Assembly: GCF_016888765.1 (NCBI RefSeq)
Contig: NZ_CP069423.1
Span: 90,001-122,000, forward strand
DNA: 32,000 nucleotides
Source: Candidatus Karelsulcia muelleri
GTDB lineage: Bacteria; Bacteroidota; Bacteroidia; Flavobacteriales; Blattabacteriaceae
Direction: 5' to 3'
Under the pieces are notes generated by a model. The model had not been told where the DNA came from. It saw only the letters and a list, made by a program, of their open reading frames with translations, and did no database searches. Of the stretch, positions 1-9,732 are shown piece by piece. Each line of letters starts with the position of its first letter. The stretch's first letter is position 1. Both the position numbers and the translations under genes were made by a program.

Positions 1-1319
1 TAGATAAACAATTTATTCATGAAGTAACTAGTCCACAAGCTTTTGAAACCTTAGAAAAAAGAAACATTCCAATCTTCAGGCCAGAAAAAATTATTGCAAC
101 TGCCGATCATAATGTTCCTACTAAAAATCAACATTTACCAATTAAAAATGCTTTATCTAGGTTACAAATAAATTTACTTAAAAAAAATTGCCTAAAAAAC
201 GGAATTAAATTTTTTGGTTTAGGACATAAATATCAAGGCATTGTCCATGTAATAGGACCAGAATTAGGAATTACTTTACCCGGAATGACTATAGTATGTG
301 GGGATAGTCATACTTCAACTCATGGGGCTTTAGGGTGCCTGGCTTTTGGAATTGGGACTAGTCAAGTAGCTATGGGAATGGCTTCTCAATGCTTATTGCT
401 TAATAAGCCTAAAAAAATGCGAATTATTCTAAAAGGTAACTTACAATTAGGAGTGACACCAAAAGATATAATATTATATATAATCTCGAAATTAGGTACT
501 GGAGGAGCAACTGGATACTTTGTTGAATATTCAGGTCCAGTAATTGATGAGATGAAGATGGATGGCAGAATGACTATTTGTAATATGAGTATTGAGATGG
601 GGGCAAGAGGAGGAATAATAGCACCAGACAAAACTACTTATAATTATCTAAAAGATAGAGCCTTCACTCCGAAAAGAGATAATTTATTAGCAGCTAAATT
701 ATTTTGGAAAACTTTGAAAACAGATAAAACAGCTCATTTTGATAAAGAATATGAATTTGATGTCTCGAAGATAGAACCGATGATAACATATGGTACGTCT
801 CCAAATATGTGTCTAAAAATAGATGATTGTATCCCAAAAAACTCTGACACTTCTTTTAAGAAGTCGTTAAAATATATGGGATTTAAACCCGGAGAATATT
901 TAATAGGAAAAACTATTAATTATGTTTTTATTGGTAGTTGTACCAATTCTAGAATGGATGATCTAAGGTTAGTATCAAAACTAGTAAAAGGAAAAAAAGT
1001 TGCTAAAAATGTACAGGCAATGATAGTCCCAGGATCCACACAAGTCTTTAAACAATTAATTAAAGAAAAAATAGATCTTATATTAAAAGAGTCGGGTTTT
1101 GATTTACGTCAACCTGGATGTTCGGCTTGTTTAGGCATGAATGAAGATAAAATACCTTCTGGAGAATATTGTGTTTCGACCTCAAATCGTAATTTTGAAG
1201 GACGTCAGGGCAAGGGGTCCCGTACGTTATTGACAAGTCCCTTAGTAGCAGCTATTACTGCTTTAAAAGGTAAAATAGTAAGTATTAAAAAATATCTTAA
1301 AAAATATGGAGAGATTTAA
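1..1319 (+). CDS. leuC: 3-isopropylmalate dehydratase large subunit, 5' end cut by the window edge
   Basis: The frame of the 285..1319 ORF stays open to position 3 (DKQFIHEVTSPQAFETLEKRNIPIFRP...TADHNVPT), so the real N-terminus lies outside the window. Aconitase-family motifs: VCGDSHTSTHGALG, FIGSCTNSR, PGCSACLGMNEDK. Confidence 0.97.
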   Translation, partial: DKQFIHEVTSPQAFETLEKRNIPIFRPEKIIATADHNVPTKNQHLPIKNALSRLQINLLKKNCLKNGIKFFGLGHKYQGIVHVIGPELGITLPGMTIVCGDSHTSTHGALGCLAFGIGTSQVAMGMASQCLLLNKPKKMRIILKGNLQLGVTPKDIILYIISKLGTGGATGYFVEYSGPVIDEMKMDGRMTICNMSIEMGARGGIIAPDKTTYNYLKDRAFTPKRDNLLAAKLFWKTLKTDKTAHFDKEYEFDVSKIEPMITYGTSPNMCLKIDDCIPKNSDTSFKKSLKYMGFKPGEYLIGKTINYVFIGSCTNSRMDDLRLVSKLVKGKKVAKNVQAMIVPGSTQVFKQLIKEKIDLILKESGFDLRQPGCSACLGMNEDKIPSGEYCVSTSNRNFEGRQGKGSRTLLTSPLVAAITALKGKIVSIKKYLKKYGEI

Positions 1320-1890
1320 GACCATAATTAGTCAATGTCTTCCATTAGATATAGATAATATTGATACTGATCAAATTATTCCAGCTAGATTTTTGAAACT
1401 TTCCTCTAGATTAAATTTATGCAAAAATTTATTTAGAGACTGGCGGTACTATAAAAATGGAAAAAAAAAAAACTTTATATTAAATAATCCCAAATATACT
1501 GGAGAAATTTTAATTACAGGGAAAAATTTTGGGTGTGGTTCAAGTCGCGAGCATGCAGTCTGGGCAATTATGGATTATGGAATTAAAGCAATAATATCAA
1601 ATTATTTTGCTGATATTTTTAAACAAAATGCGTTAAATAATGGTTTATTAGTCATAGAACTTAAAAAAGATATTGTTAATTCTTTATTGAATCATATCTT
1701 CAAATTCCCTAATAGTAAATTAAAACTTAATTTAAAAAAACAATATATAGAATTTAAAAGAAGAAAATTAAAATTTAAAATAAATTCTTATAAAAAAAAA
1801 TGTTTTCTTAAAGGATATGATGATATAGAGTTTTTACTTAAATTAAAAAATAAAATAATTAAATTTGAACAAACCCTATTTTATAAATAA
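1306..1890 (+). CDS. leuD: 3-isopropylmalate dehydratase small subunit
   Basis: 194 aa; motifs DNIDTDQIIPARFLK and GKNFGCGSSREHAVWAI. Overlaps the leuC end by 14 bp. Confidence 0.97.
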   Translation: MERFKTIISQCLPLDIDNIDTDQIIPARFLKLSSRLNLCKNLFRDWRYYKNGKKKNFILNNPKYTGEILITGKNFGCGSSREHAVWAIMDYGIKAIISNYFADIFKQNALNNGLLVIELKKDIVNSLLNHIFKFPNSKLKLNLKKQYIEFKRRKLKFKINSYKKKCFLKGYDDIEFLLKLKNKIIKFEQTLFYK

Positions 1891-1924
1891 AGATTATATT
1901 AATCCCAAAGCCTAAGTTAGAATT

Positions 1925-3001
1925 ATGGTAATGAAACTTGCAATCCTTCCAGGAGATGGAATAGGACCAGAAATTTTGGTTCAATCATTAAAAGTTTTAA
2001 AAGCAATAAGTTTAAAATTTGGACATAAATTTATTATATCAAATGGTTTGATAGGTGCAGAGTCAATTAAAACAAACGGCTTACCACTTACTCAAGAAAC
2101 TATAAATCTTTGTAAAAGTTCTGATACTATCTTATTGGGAGCAGTAGGTGATCCATTATATGATAATGACCCTCAAATAAAGATTCGACCTGAACAAGGT
2201 CTTTTAGAATTAAGAAAACATTTAGGATTATTTTGTAATATGAGACCGATAAAAACTTATAAGAAACTATTAAAAGTTTCTCCAATTAAACAATCCTTTA
2301 TAAAAAACGTAAATTTTGTTATTTTTAGAGAATTAACAAGTGGAATATATTTTGGAAAAAAATGGAGATCCCAAGATGAAGCATATGATATATGTACTTA
2401 TCATAAAGTTCTAATAAAAAAAATAGCTATTAAAGCCTTTGAAACTGCTAGACAACGCAAGAAAAAAATTACTTTAGTAGATAAAGCCAATGTCTTAGAA
2501 ACTTCAAGATTATGGAGAGAAACAGTCAAAGAAATAGCTCAAAAGAACCAAGATATTAAAGTAGATTATATTTTTATTGATAATGCCTGTATGCAAATAG
2601 TTTTAAAACCTAGACAGTTTGATATTTTACTAACTGATAACATGTTTGGTGATATTTTATCGGATGAAGCTAGTGTTATAACAGGTTCATTAGGTTTATT
2701 GCCTTCTGTATCTTTTGGAGCTCATTATTCATTATATGAACCGATTCATGGTTCCTTTCCACAAGCAAAAGGAAAAAATATTGCTAATCCACTGGGATCT
2801 ATTCTTTCAGTTTCTTTAATGTTAGAAAATTTTGGTTTAAAAAAAGAAAGTTTTTTGATCAATAGGGCAGTAAATGAATCAATCAATTTAGGAATTACTA
2901 CTCAAGATCTAAATCCTAAAAAGCCTTGCACAACTAGTGAAGTTGGAGACTTCTTATTTAGTTCAATTTTGAAGAAAATAAAAATCAAGTATAAAAGATA
3001 A
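1925..3001 (+). CDS. leuB: 3-isopropylmalate dehydrogenase
   Basis: 358 aa; motifs LPGDGIGPEI, DNACMQIV, TDNMFGDILSDEASVITGSLGLLPS, EPIHGSFP. Confidence 0.97.
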   Translation: MVMKLAILPGDGIGPEILVQSLKVLKAISLKFGHKFIISNGLIGAESIKTNGLPLTQETINLCKSSDTILLGAVGDPLYDNDPQIKIRPEQGLLELRKHLGLFCNMRPIKTYKKLLKVSPIKQSFIKNVNFVIFRELTSGIYFGKKWRSQDEAYDICTYHKVLIKKIAIKAFETARQRKKKITLVDKANVLETSRLWRETVKEIAQKNQDIKVDYIFIDNACMQIVLKPRQFDILLTDNMFGDILSDEASVITGSLGLLPSVSFGAHYSLYEPIHGSFPQAKGKNIANPLGSILSVSLMLENFGLKKESFLINRAVNESINLGITTQDLNPKKPCTTSEVGDFLFSSILKKIKIKYKR

Positions 3002-3005
3002 TTAT

Positions 3006-3026
3006 CCACTAAGTTATTTTTAGTGG
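3006..3026 (+). terminator. Small perfect hairpin just after leuB (possible terminator or processing signal)
   Basis: CCACTAA-gttattt-TTAGTGG: 7-bp perfect stem, 7-nt loop, starting 5 bp after the leuB end. Not followed by a clean T tract. Confidence 0.35.
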
Positions 3027-3138
3027 AAGTAAATTTTAGTCGCTTTTAAGGCAAAGACAGCTATCTAAGGTATTGTTTGATGAAGCATATGATATATATT
3101 CTCTAAATGTTAGTAAGGCTACTGCTAGTATACTGTTT

Positions 3139-3537
3139 TTACTTAAAAAATATTTTTTGTATTATATGTTCAAAACATTTTTTTAGTTCATAAAAATTAT
3201 GTAGTGTTTTTTTAAAATACATGAATATAATATAATATCTTTTTTTTATTTTAAAAGGAATTATTTTTTTATTCAATTGATAAGACCTTCTCATTAATCT
3301 TTTTATTCTATTTCTTTGATAAGATTTTATAATTGTGTGTTTGGAGACGAAGAAAGCTATTTTTACTTTAAAATAATTCTTAGCAGTATAATTAGAAGTA
3401 GCCGTAGCAGTTTCTAGGTAGGCTACCTTCAATAAATTATTTTCTATTTTTTTTCCATTACGAAATATTTTATTTACTATTGTTTTTTTCTTTATAAGCT
3501 CTTTTTTTTTTAATTTATTGTTAGGAAAAAACGGCAT
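3139..3537 (-). CDS. rnpA: Ribonuclease P protein component
   Basis: 132 aa; KVKIAFFVSKHTIIKSYQRNRIKRLMRRSYQLNK matches the RnpA signature (K.A..VSK....A..RNR.KR..RE.YR.). Confidence 0.9.
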   Translation of the reverse strand: MPFFPNNKLKKKELIKKKTIVNKIFRNGKKIENNLLKVAYLETATATSNYTAKNYFKVKIAFFVSKHTIIKSYQRNRIKRLMRRSYQLNKKIIPFKIKKRYYIIFMYFKKTLHNFYELKKCFEHIIQKIFFK

Positions 3538-3632
3538 GGTTTTATTATAATGGGTCTGATTATTCTTATAATTAAGATAATTATATTAATTGCTTCCTTT
3601 AAGCAAGAGTTTAAATTCAGGAGAGAGAGAAA

Positions 3633-4430
3633 ATGAAACCTATTATTAAAACGATTGACAAGACATTATTTAATTTAGAATTAGAAAATTTGTTATTTAA
3701 AAAAGAAGATAGCTTAGGAGCCATTATACAAATATCATCAGGTCCAGGAGGGAATGAAAGTTGTGATTGGGTATTTTTATTACATAGAATGTACACTATG
3801 TGGGCCGAAAAAAATAATTTTAAAATTAAAACGGTGGAGTTTTTACCAGGAGAATTAGGAGGGTTTAAAACGATTACTTTTAAAATTCAAGGAATGTATG
3901 CTTTTGGATATTTAAAAGGTGAAAATGGAATCCATAGATTAGTGAGGTTATCTCCTTATAAAAAGAAATCTAAAAGACACACTAGTTTTGCTTCAGTCTA
4001 CATCTATCCTTTAATAAAGAAAGAAATTAAAATATCTATTAAAGAAGCAGACATTAAATGGGAAACTTTTAGATCAAAGGGATCTGGAGGGCAAAATGTT
4101 AATAAAGTAGAAACTGGGGTAAGACTGATTCATAAACCCACCAATATAATCATAGTAAATATGGAAACTCGTTCTCAATACAATAACAAAATTAAAGCCT
4201 TACGTTTACTAAAAGAGAAATTATTTTCTCTCGAAATTAATTCCCAAAGATATAATCTAGAAAAAAAGAAATCTCAATGGGGGGCACAAATAAGAAATTA
4301 TATTATGCATCCTTATAAACTAGTAAAAGACATTAGGACGAATTATGAAACAACTGATGTCAAATCAGTATTAAATGGTAACATAAATATTTTTTTAAAA
4401 AAGTATTTAGATCAAAATAAAATATGCTAA
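3633..4430 (+). CDS. prfB: Peptide chain release factor 2, N-terminally shortened
   Basis: 265 aa; SSGPGGNESCDWVFLLHRMYTMWAEKN, GYLKGENGIHRLVRLSPY, GSGGQNVNKVETGVRLIH (GGQ motif). RF2 rather than RF1 by these blocks. Purine-rich CAGGAGAGAGAG upstream of ATG. Confidence 0.93.
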   Translation: MKPIIKTIDKTLFNLELENLLFKKEDSLGAIIQISSGPGGNESCDWVFLLHRMYTMWAEKNNFKIKTVEFLPGELGGFKTITFKIQGMYAFGYLKGENGIHRLVRLSPYKKKSKRHTSFASVYIYPLIKKEIKISIKEADIKWETFRSKGSGGQNVNKVETGVRLIHKPTNIIIVNMETRSQYNNKIKALRLLKEKLFSLEINSQRYNLEKKKSQWGAQIRNYIMHPYKLVKDIRTNYETTDVKSVLNGNINIFLKKYLDQNKIC

Positions 4431-4633
4431 AACAAAAAATGAAATTGATTTTGAAATACAAAAAAGGGGAAGATATAGATAAAGTATTAAAAAGGTATAG
4501 AAAAAAAATTGAGAAATCAGATTTAATAAAAGCAGTAAAAAAGCACCAAGAATATATTAAACCTTCACAAAAAAGAAGAAATAATTTGATTAAAGCGAGA
4601 TATAAACAATTTCTTAAATATTCTATAGATTAA
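4424..4633 (+). CDS. rpsU: 30S ribosomal protein S21
   Basis: 69 aa; KKGEDIDKVLKRYRKKIEKSDLIKAVKKHQEYIKPSQKRRNNLIKARYKQ has the S21 pattern (E.I...LKR..RK......L...R....KPS.KRR). Confidence 0.87.
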   Translation: MLKQKMKLILKYKKGEDIDKVLKRYRKKIEKSDLIKAVKKHQEYIKPSQKRRNNLIKARYKQFLKYSID

Positions 4634-5595
4634 GATTTTAATTTTAGGTGATTATATAAAACCTGTTTTATATTTTTAATTTCTTTAGGCTTAAAAAAAG
4701 AAAGAAAAAAAGTTTTTTCTTGTGTTGGGAATTTATGAAGAATAATTTTTTTAAAACTTAGAATATCAGCTTTAGAAATAAGAATAATTTTTTGTTTTAA
4801 TAATAGACTATTATCGTAATTCTTAAATTCTTTAATAATTATATTATATTCCTGAAGCAGGTTATGACTCTCAACTGAAAGAATAATTAGAATAACTTTA
4901 TTATATTTAGTATGTTTTAAAAACTTAATTCCTAAACCTTTTCCAATATTAGAACCTTTAACGAGACCAGGGAATTCCAAAATAATAAAAGTATACCATT
5001 TATTGTACTTTACTATCCCTAGATTAGGGAGAGTAGTAGTAAAAGGATAATCATTGATCTCATGCTTAAGAGCAGCTAGTTTAGAAATTAAAGTGGATTT
5101 CCCAGAATTTGGAAATCCAATTATACCAACCTCAGCATAAATTATGAATTCTAAGATTAGCCAGTTAGATTTACCAGGAGAACCTTTTAAATCCAGGGAA
5201 CTTCTAAAGTGGGAATAAGAATTTCCTTTCCCTCCTTTTCCACCTTTAAATAAAACTTTGGGTTTTTTATGTTTATGAATATTTAATAAGATATTGTTAT
5301 TAATATCTTTTATGGTGGTTCCTAAAGGAACTTCAATTAAGAAATCTTTTCCATTGGAACCATTTTTACAATTATAACCACCTATTGCACCAGTTTCTGC
5401 AATATTATGTTTTAAAGTATTAAGAGATTTGAGTCGTTTATTTCCTTTTATAATAATATTGCCACCATTGCCACCATTGCCACCATCTGGAAGACTCCTT
5501 TTAGATCTTCTGTTTTTAACAAAATGTATTTTACCGGATCCTCCATCTCCACTTTTACAAAATATTTTTAAATAATCTAAAAAGTTTGATGACAT
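4630..5595 (-). CDS. obgE: Obg-family ribosome-assembly GTPase
   Basis: 321 aa; Gly-rich OBG fold (GDGGSGKIHFVKNRRSKRSLPDGGNGGNGG), P-loop GFPNSGKSTL, YPFTTTLPNLG switch region. Confidence 0.93.
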   Translation of the reverse strand: MSSNFLDYLKIFCKSGDGGSGKIHFVKNRRSKRSLPDGGNGGNGGNIIIKGNKRLKSLNTLKHNIAETGAIGGYNCKNGSNGKDFLIEVPLGTTIKDINNNILLNIHKHKKPKVLFKGGKGGKGNSYSHFRSSLDLKGSPGKSNWLILEFIIYAEVGIIGFPNSGKSTLISKLAALKHEINDYPFTTTLPNLGIVKYNKWYTFIILEFPGLVKGSNIGKGLGIKFLKHTKYNKVILIILSVESHNLLQEYNIIIKEFKNYDNSLLLKQKIILISKADILSFKKIILHKFPTQEKTFFLSFFKPKEIKNIKQVLYNHLKLKS

Positions 5596-5598
5596 TTT

Positions 5599-6990
5599 TT
5601 AAATATGTATACTTTTTCCATAAGCATTTTCGATAGCCTCAACTATAGCTTCATTAATTGAAGGATGAGGATGAGTACTTTCTAATACATCAATCGGCGT
5701 AGTTTCCAAGTTTCTTGCGATTATTACTTCTGGAATTAGTTCGGTTACACCTTTTCCAATCATATGACATCCTAACCATTCCCCATATTTTTTATCAAAT
5801 ATGACTTTAATAAATCCTTCTGTTTCTCCATTAATTTTTGCCTTCCCTAAAGCAGAAAAAGGAAACTTACCTACTTTAATTTCAAAGCCTTTTTCTAATG
5901 CGGCTTTCTCAGAGTAGCCTACAAAGGCTATCTCAGGATTAGTATAAATACACATAGGTATATTATTGTAGTTTAATTTTTTAGGATTTAATCCCATCAT
6001 TTTTTCTACACAAAGTTTTGCTTCTTGAGAGGCAACATGGGCTAATGAAAATCCAGGGATTACGTCACCTATTGCATAATAATTTTTTATATTAGTTTCA
6101 TAATATTCATTAACTTTAATATGTCCATTTTTAGTCAATTTTATGCCTACATTTTCTAAGCCTAAATTATGGGTAGCTGGAGCTATCCCAATAGCAGAAA
6201 TAAGGTAATCTACCTTTAGGTTTAGATATGAGTTCGTTTTAATATTCTTTATTTCTATTTTGGTTTTTTGGTATTTTAATGATTTAATATCTGTTATTAC
6301 TGAATTAGTTAATATCTTTATTCCTTTAGTTTTAAAAGTTTTGCTAATCTCGAGAGAGATTTCTCTCTCAGCATTAGGTAAAATGTGGGCATTTTTTTCT
6401 ACTATTATTACATTGGATCCAATAACGTTATAAAAAGAAGCAAATTCTAAGCCAATAGCACCTGAACCAAGAATTAAAATATTCTTGGGGATTTCTCTTA
6501 TTGACATTGCCCCTTTATAATTTACTAAATTGGGGCTTTTAGGAAAATCTAATTTTTTAGGTTTGGCACCAGTAGCTATTACTAAATTAGCAAATTGATA
6601 TTTTTTTATATTGTTTTTATTCTTTACAGTAATTGTATTTTCTTTGCATATTTTCGCAGTACCATATATTAATTTTATATCATTTTTTTTTATTAAAAAT
6701 TCTACTCCTTTTTGGAGTTCCTCAACTATTTTCCTACTTCTATCTAAAATCTTTTCCAATTTTAATTGGACCTTTTGAACCTTTATTCCAAATTGTTTCG
6801 AAGTTTTAAACAGTTGGAATAAATTAGCACTTTTCAATAACGACTTTGTCGGAATGCAGCCCCAATTTAAACATACTCCTCCTAATTCTTTTTTTTCTAT
6901 TATTGCAGTTTTTAAACCTAATTGGGCGGCTCTGATTGCTGCTGTATATCCTGCCGGACCACTGCCAATAACTATTAAATCAAAAGGCAT
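5599..6990 (-). CDS. lpd: Dihydrolipoamide dehydrogenase (E3)
   Basis: 463 aa; GSGPAGYTAAIRAAQLG, redox-active GGVCLNWGCIPTKSLL, NAD-binding GSGAIGLEFA, C-terminal HPHPSINEAIVEA. Confidence 0.97.
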   Translation of the reverse strand: MPFDLIVIGSGPAGYTAAIRAAQLGLKTAIIEKKELGGVCLNWGCIPTKSLLKSANLFQLFKTSKQFGIKVQKVQLKLEKILDRSRKIVEELQKGVEFLIKKNDIKLIYGTAKICKENTITVKNKNNIKKYQFANLVIATGAKPKKLDFPKSPNLVNYKGAMSIREIPKNILILGSGAIGLEFASFYNVIGSNVIIVEKNAHILPNAEREISLEISKTFKTKGIKILTNSVITDIKSLKYQKTKIEIKNIKTNSYLNLKVDYLISAIGIAPATHNLGLENVGIKLTKNGHIKVNEYYETNIKNYYAIGDVIPGFSLAHVASQEAKLCVEKMMGLNPKKLNYNNIPMCIYTNPEIAFVGYSEKAALEKGFEIKVGKFPFSALGKAKINGETEGFIKVIFDKKYGEWLGCHMIGKGVTELIPEVIIARNLETTPIDVLESTHPHPSINEAIVEAIENAYGKSIHI

Positions 6991-7016
6991 AAAATATCAA
7001 TTTAAAACCCAACAAA

Positions 7017-7090
7017 TGCTCACGACTGGATTTGAACCAGCAGAAACTACTCCCTCAAAGTAGTGTGTATACCTCTTCCACCACGTAAGC
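7017..7090 (-). tRNA. tRNA-Leu(GAG) with a short variable loop
   Basis: RNA strand: GCTTACG TG GTG-GAAGAGGTATA-CAC A CTACT-TTGAGGG-AGTAG TTTCT GCTGG-TTCAAAT-CCAGT CGTGAGC A. All stems pair (one G-T in the acceptor, one in the T stem); anticodon GAG; discriminator A; 74 nt. Confidence 0.85.
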
Positions 7091-7101
7091 TTAAATTAAG
7101 A

Positions 7102-7208
7102 ATACCCTGACTTGGCGTGATAGCTTGGTCAGAGTCAGGGTATGAGTCTGGGACTAGGGTGATTAAGAACTCTGATTTTAAGGGAAGAGGAGTTGTTTTT
7201 AACAACTC
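7102..7208. ncRNA. Unassigned structured intergenic segment (candidate small RNA or degraded RNA gene)
   Basis: 11-bp perfect inverted repeat ATACCCTGACT (7102-7112)/AGTCAGGGTAT (7133-7143), and 8-bp perfect hairpin GAGTTGTT-TTT-AACAACTC (7190-7208). Locally more GC-rich than other spacers. No RNA family recognised. Confidence 0.35.
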
Positions 7209-7219
7209 ACTAAGTAAGA

Positions 7220-7657
7220 TCATAAGAATGAAGCTGATTTTCTTTTTGATAATATTTCAAAGTCTTTTTTTTTAAGAAGTTCCCTTTTATCGTATTTCTT
7301 TTTACTTTTTGCTAAATGTATTACTAATTTTATTAATCCTTTTTTATTAAGAAAAATATTTTCAGGGATAATGTTTAACGAAAATTTTTTAACAGATTCT
7401 GAAATTTTTATAATTTCTTTTTTTTTTAAAAGAAGTAAAATTTTACGATTTTTATAAGTTGAAAGTTGCTTTATATAGCAATTGAAAAGAAAAATTTCTT
7501 TTTTTAAGACTTTGCAAAAGCTATTATTTAAATTAGCATTATTATTTTTAATAGCTTTGACTTCGTGTCCTAATAATTTTAATCCTGCTATATATTTTTC
7601 GAGAAATATAAAATTATATAAAGCCTTTTTATTTTTTAGATTAACAGTTCTTAACAT
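7220..7657 (-). CDS. smpB: SsrA-binding protein, divergent
   Basis: 145 aa; NKKALYNFIFLEKYIAGLKLLGHEVKAIKNNNANLNNSF and IHLAKSKKKYDKRELLKKKD match SmpB signatures. Confidence 0.88.
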   Translation of the reverse strand: MLRTVNLKNKKALYNFIFLEKYIAGLKLLGHEVKAIKNNNANLNNSFCKVLKKEIFLFNCYIKQLSTYKNRKILLLLKKKEIIKISESVKKFSLNIIPENIFLNKKGLIKLVIHLAKSKKKYDKRELLKKKDFEILSKRKSASFL

Positions 7658-7756
7658 TTATTTAGGAACATTTTATATTTCTTTTATTTAAAAAAAAGGT
7701 ATATATATTATATACTCCATTTTTTTATAGGAGTTAATTATTTAAAATTAATTATT

Positions 7757-8071
7757 ATGGAGATAATTGGGACAGTAAAAAAAATCTTCGACTTGCAGGT
7801 CTATAAAAACAAGTTTAAAAAACGAGAACTTCTTATCAAAACAGCAGAACAATATCCTCAAATTTTAATAATAGAATTTATTCTTGATAAAACTAAATTA
7901 TTAAATTCATTGAAAAAAGATGACAAAATAAAGATATTTATTAATTTAAAAGGAAAAAAATGGACTACTAAAACAGGTGAAACAAGATTTTTCAATTCGA
8001 TTCAAGGTTGGAAAATAGCACACATTACAGAAAATAAAAAACAGCATGAATTTGATTCATTCCCTTTTTAG
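7757..8071 (+). CDS. DUF3127 family protein (conserved in Bacteroidetes, function unknown)
   Basis: 104 aa; EIIGTVKKIFDLQVYKNKFKKRELLIKTAEQYPQILIIEFILDKTKLLNSL...GKKWTTKTGETRFFNSIQGWKI resembles the family pattern recalled as KREFV.....YPQ...IEF..DK...LD.........L.GREW....G..KYFN...GWRI. Confidence 0.8.
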   Translation: MEIIGTVKKIFDLQVYKNKFKKRELLIKTAEQYPQILIIEFILDKTKLLNSLKKDDKIKIFINLKGKKWTTKTGETRFFNSIQGWKIAHITENKKQHEFDSFPF

Positions 8072-8085
8072 GTAAAAAGGTGCGT

Positions 8086-9732
<1,647 letters not shown>

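Noticed and set aside
386-631. Antisense 81-aa ORF inside leuC
   Set aside because: Fully antisense to a strongly conserved gene, low-complexity hydrophobic sequence, no recognisable domain.
6854-7063. + strand 69-aa ORF across the lpd start and tRNA-Leu
   Set aside because: Antisense to the lpd FAD-binding N-terminus and overlaps a folded tRNA; no recognisable similarity.
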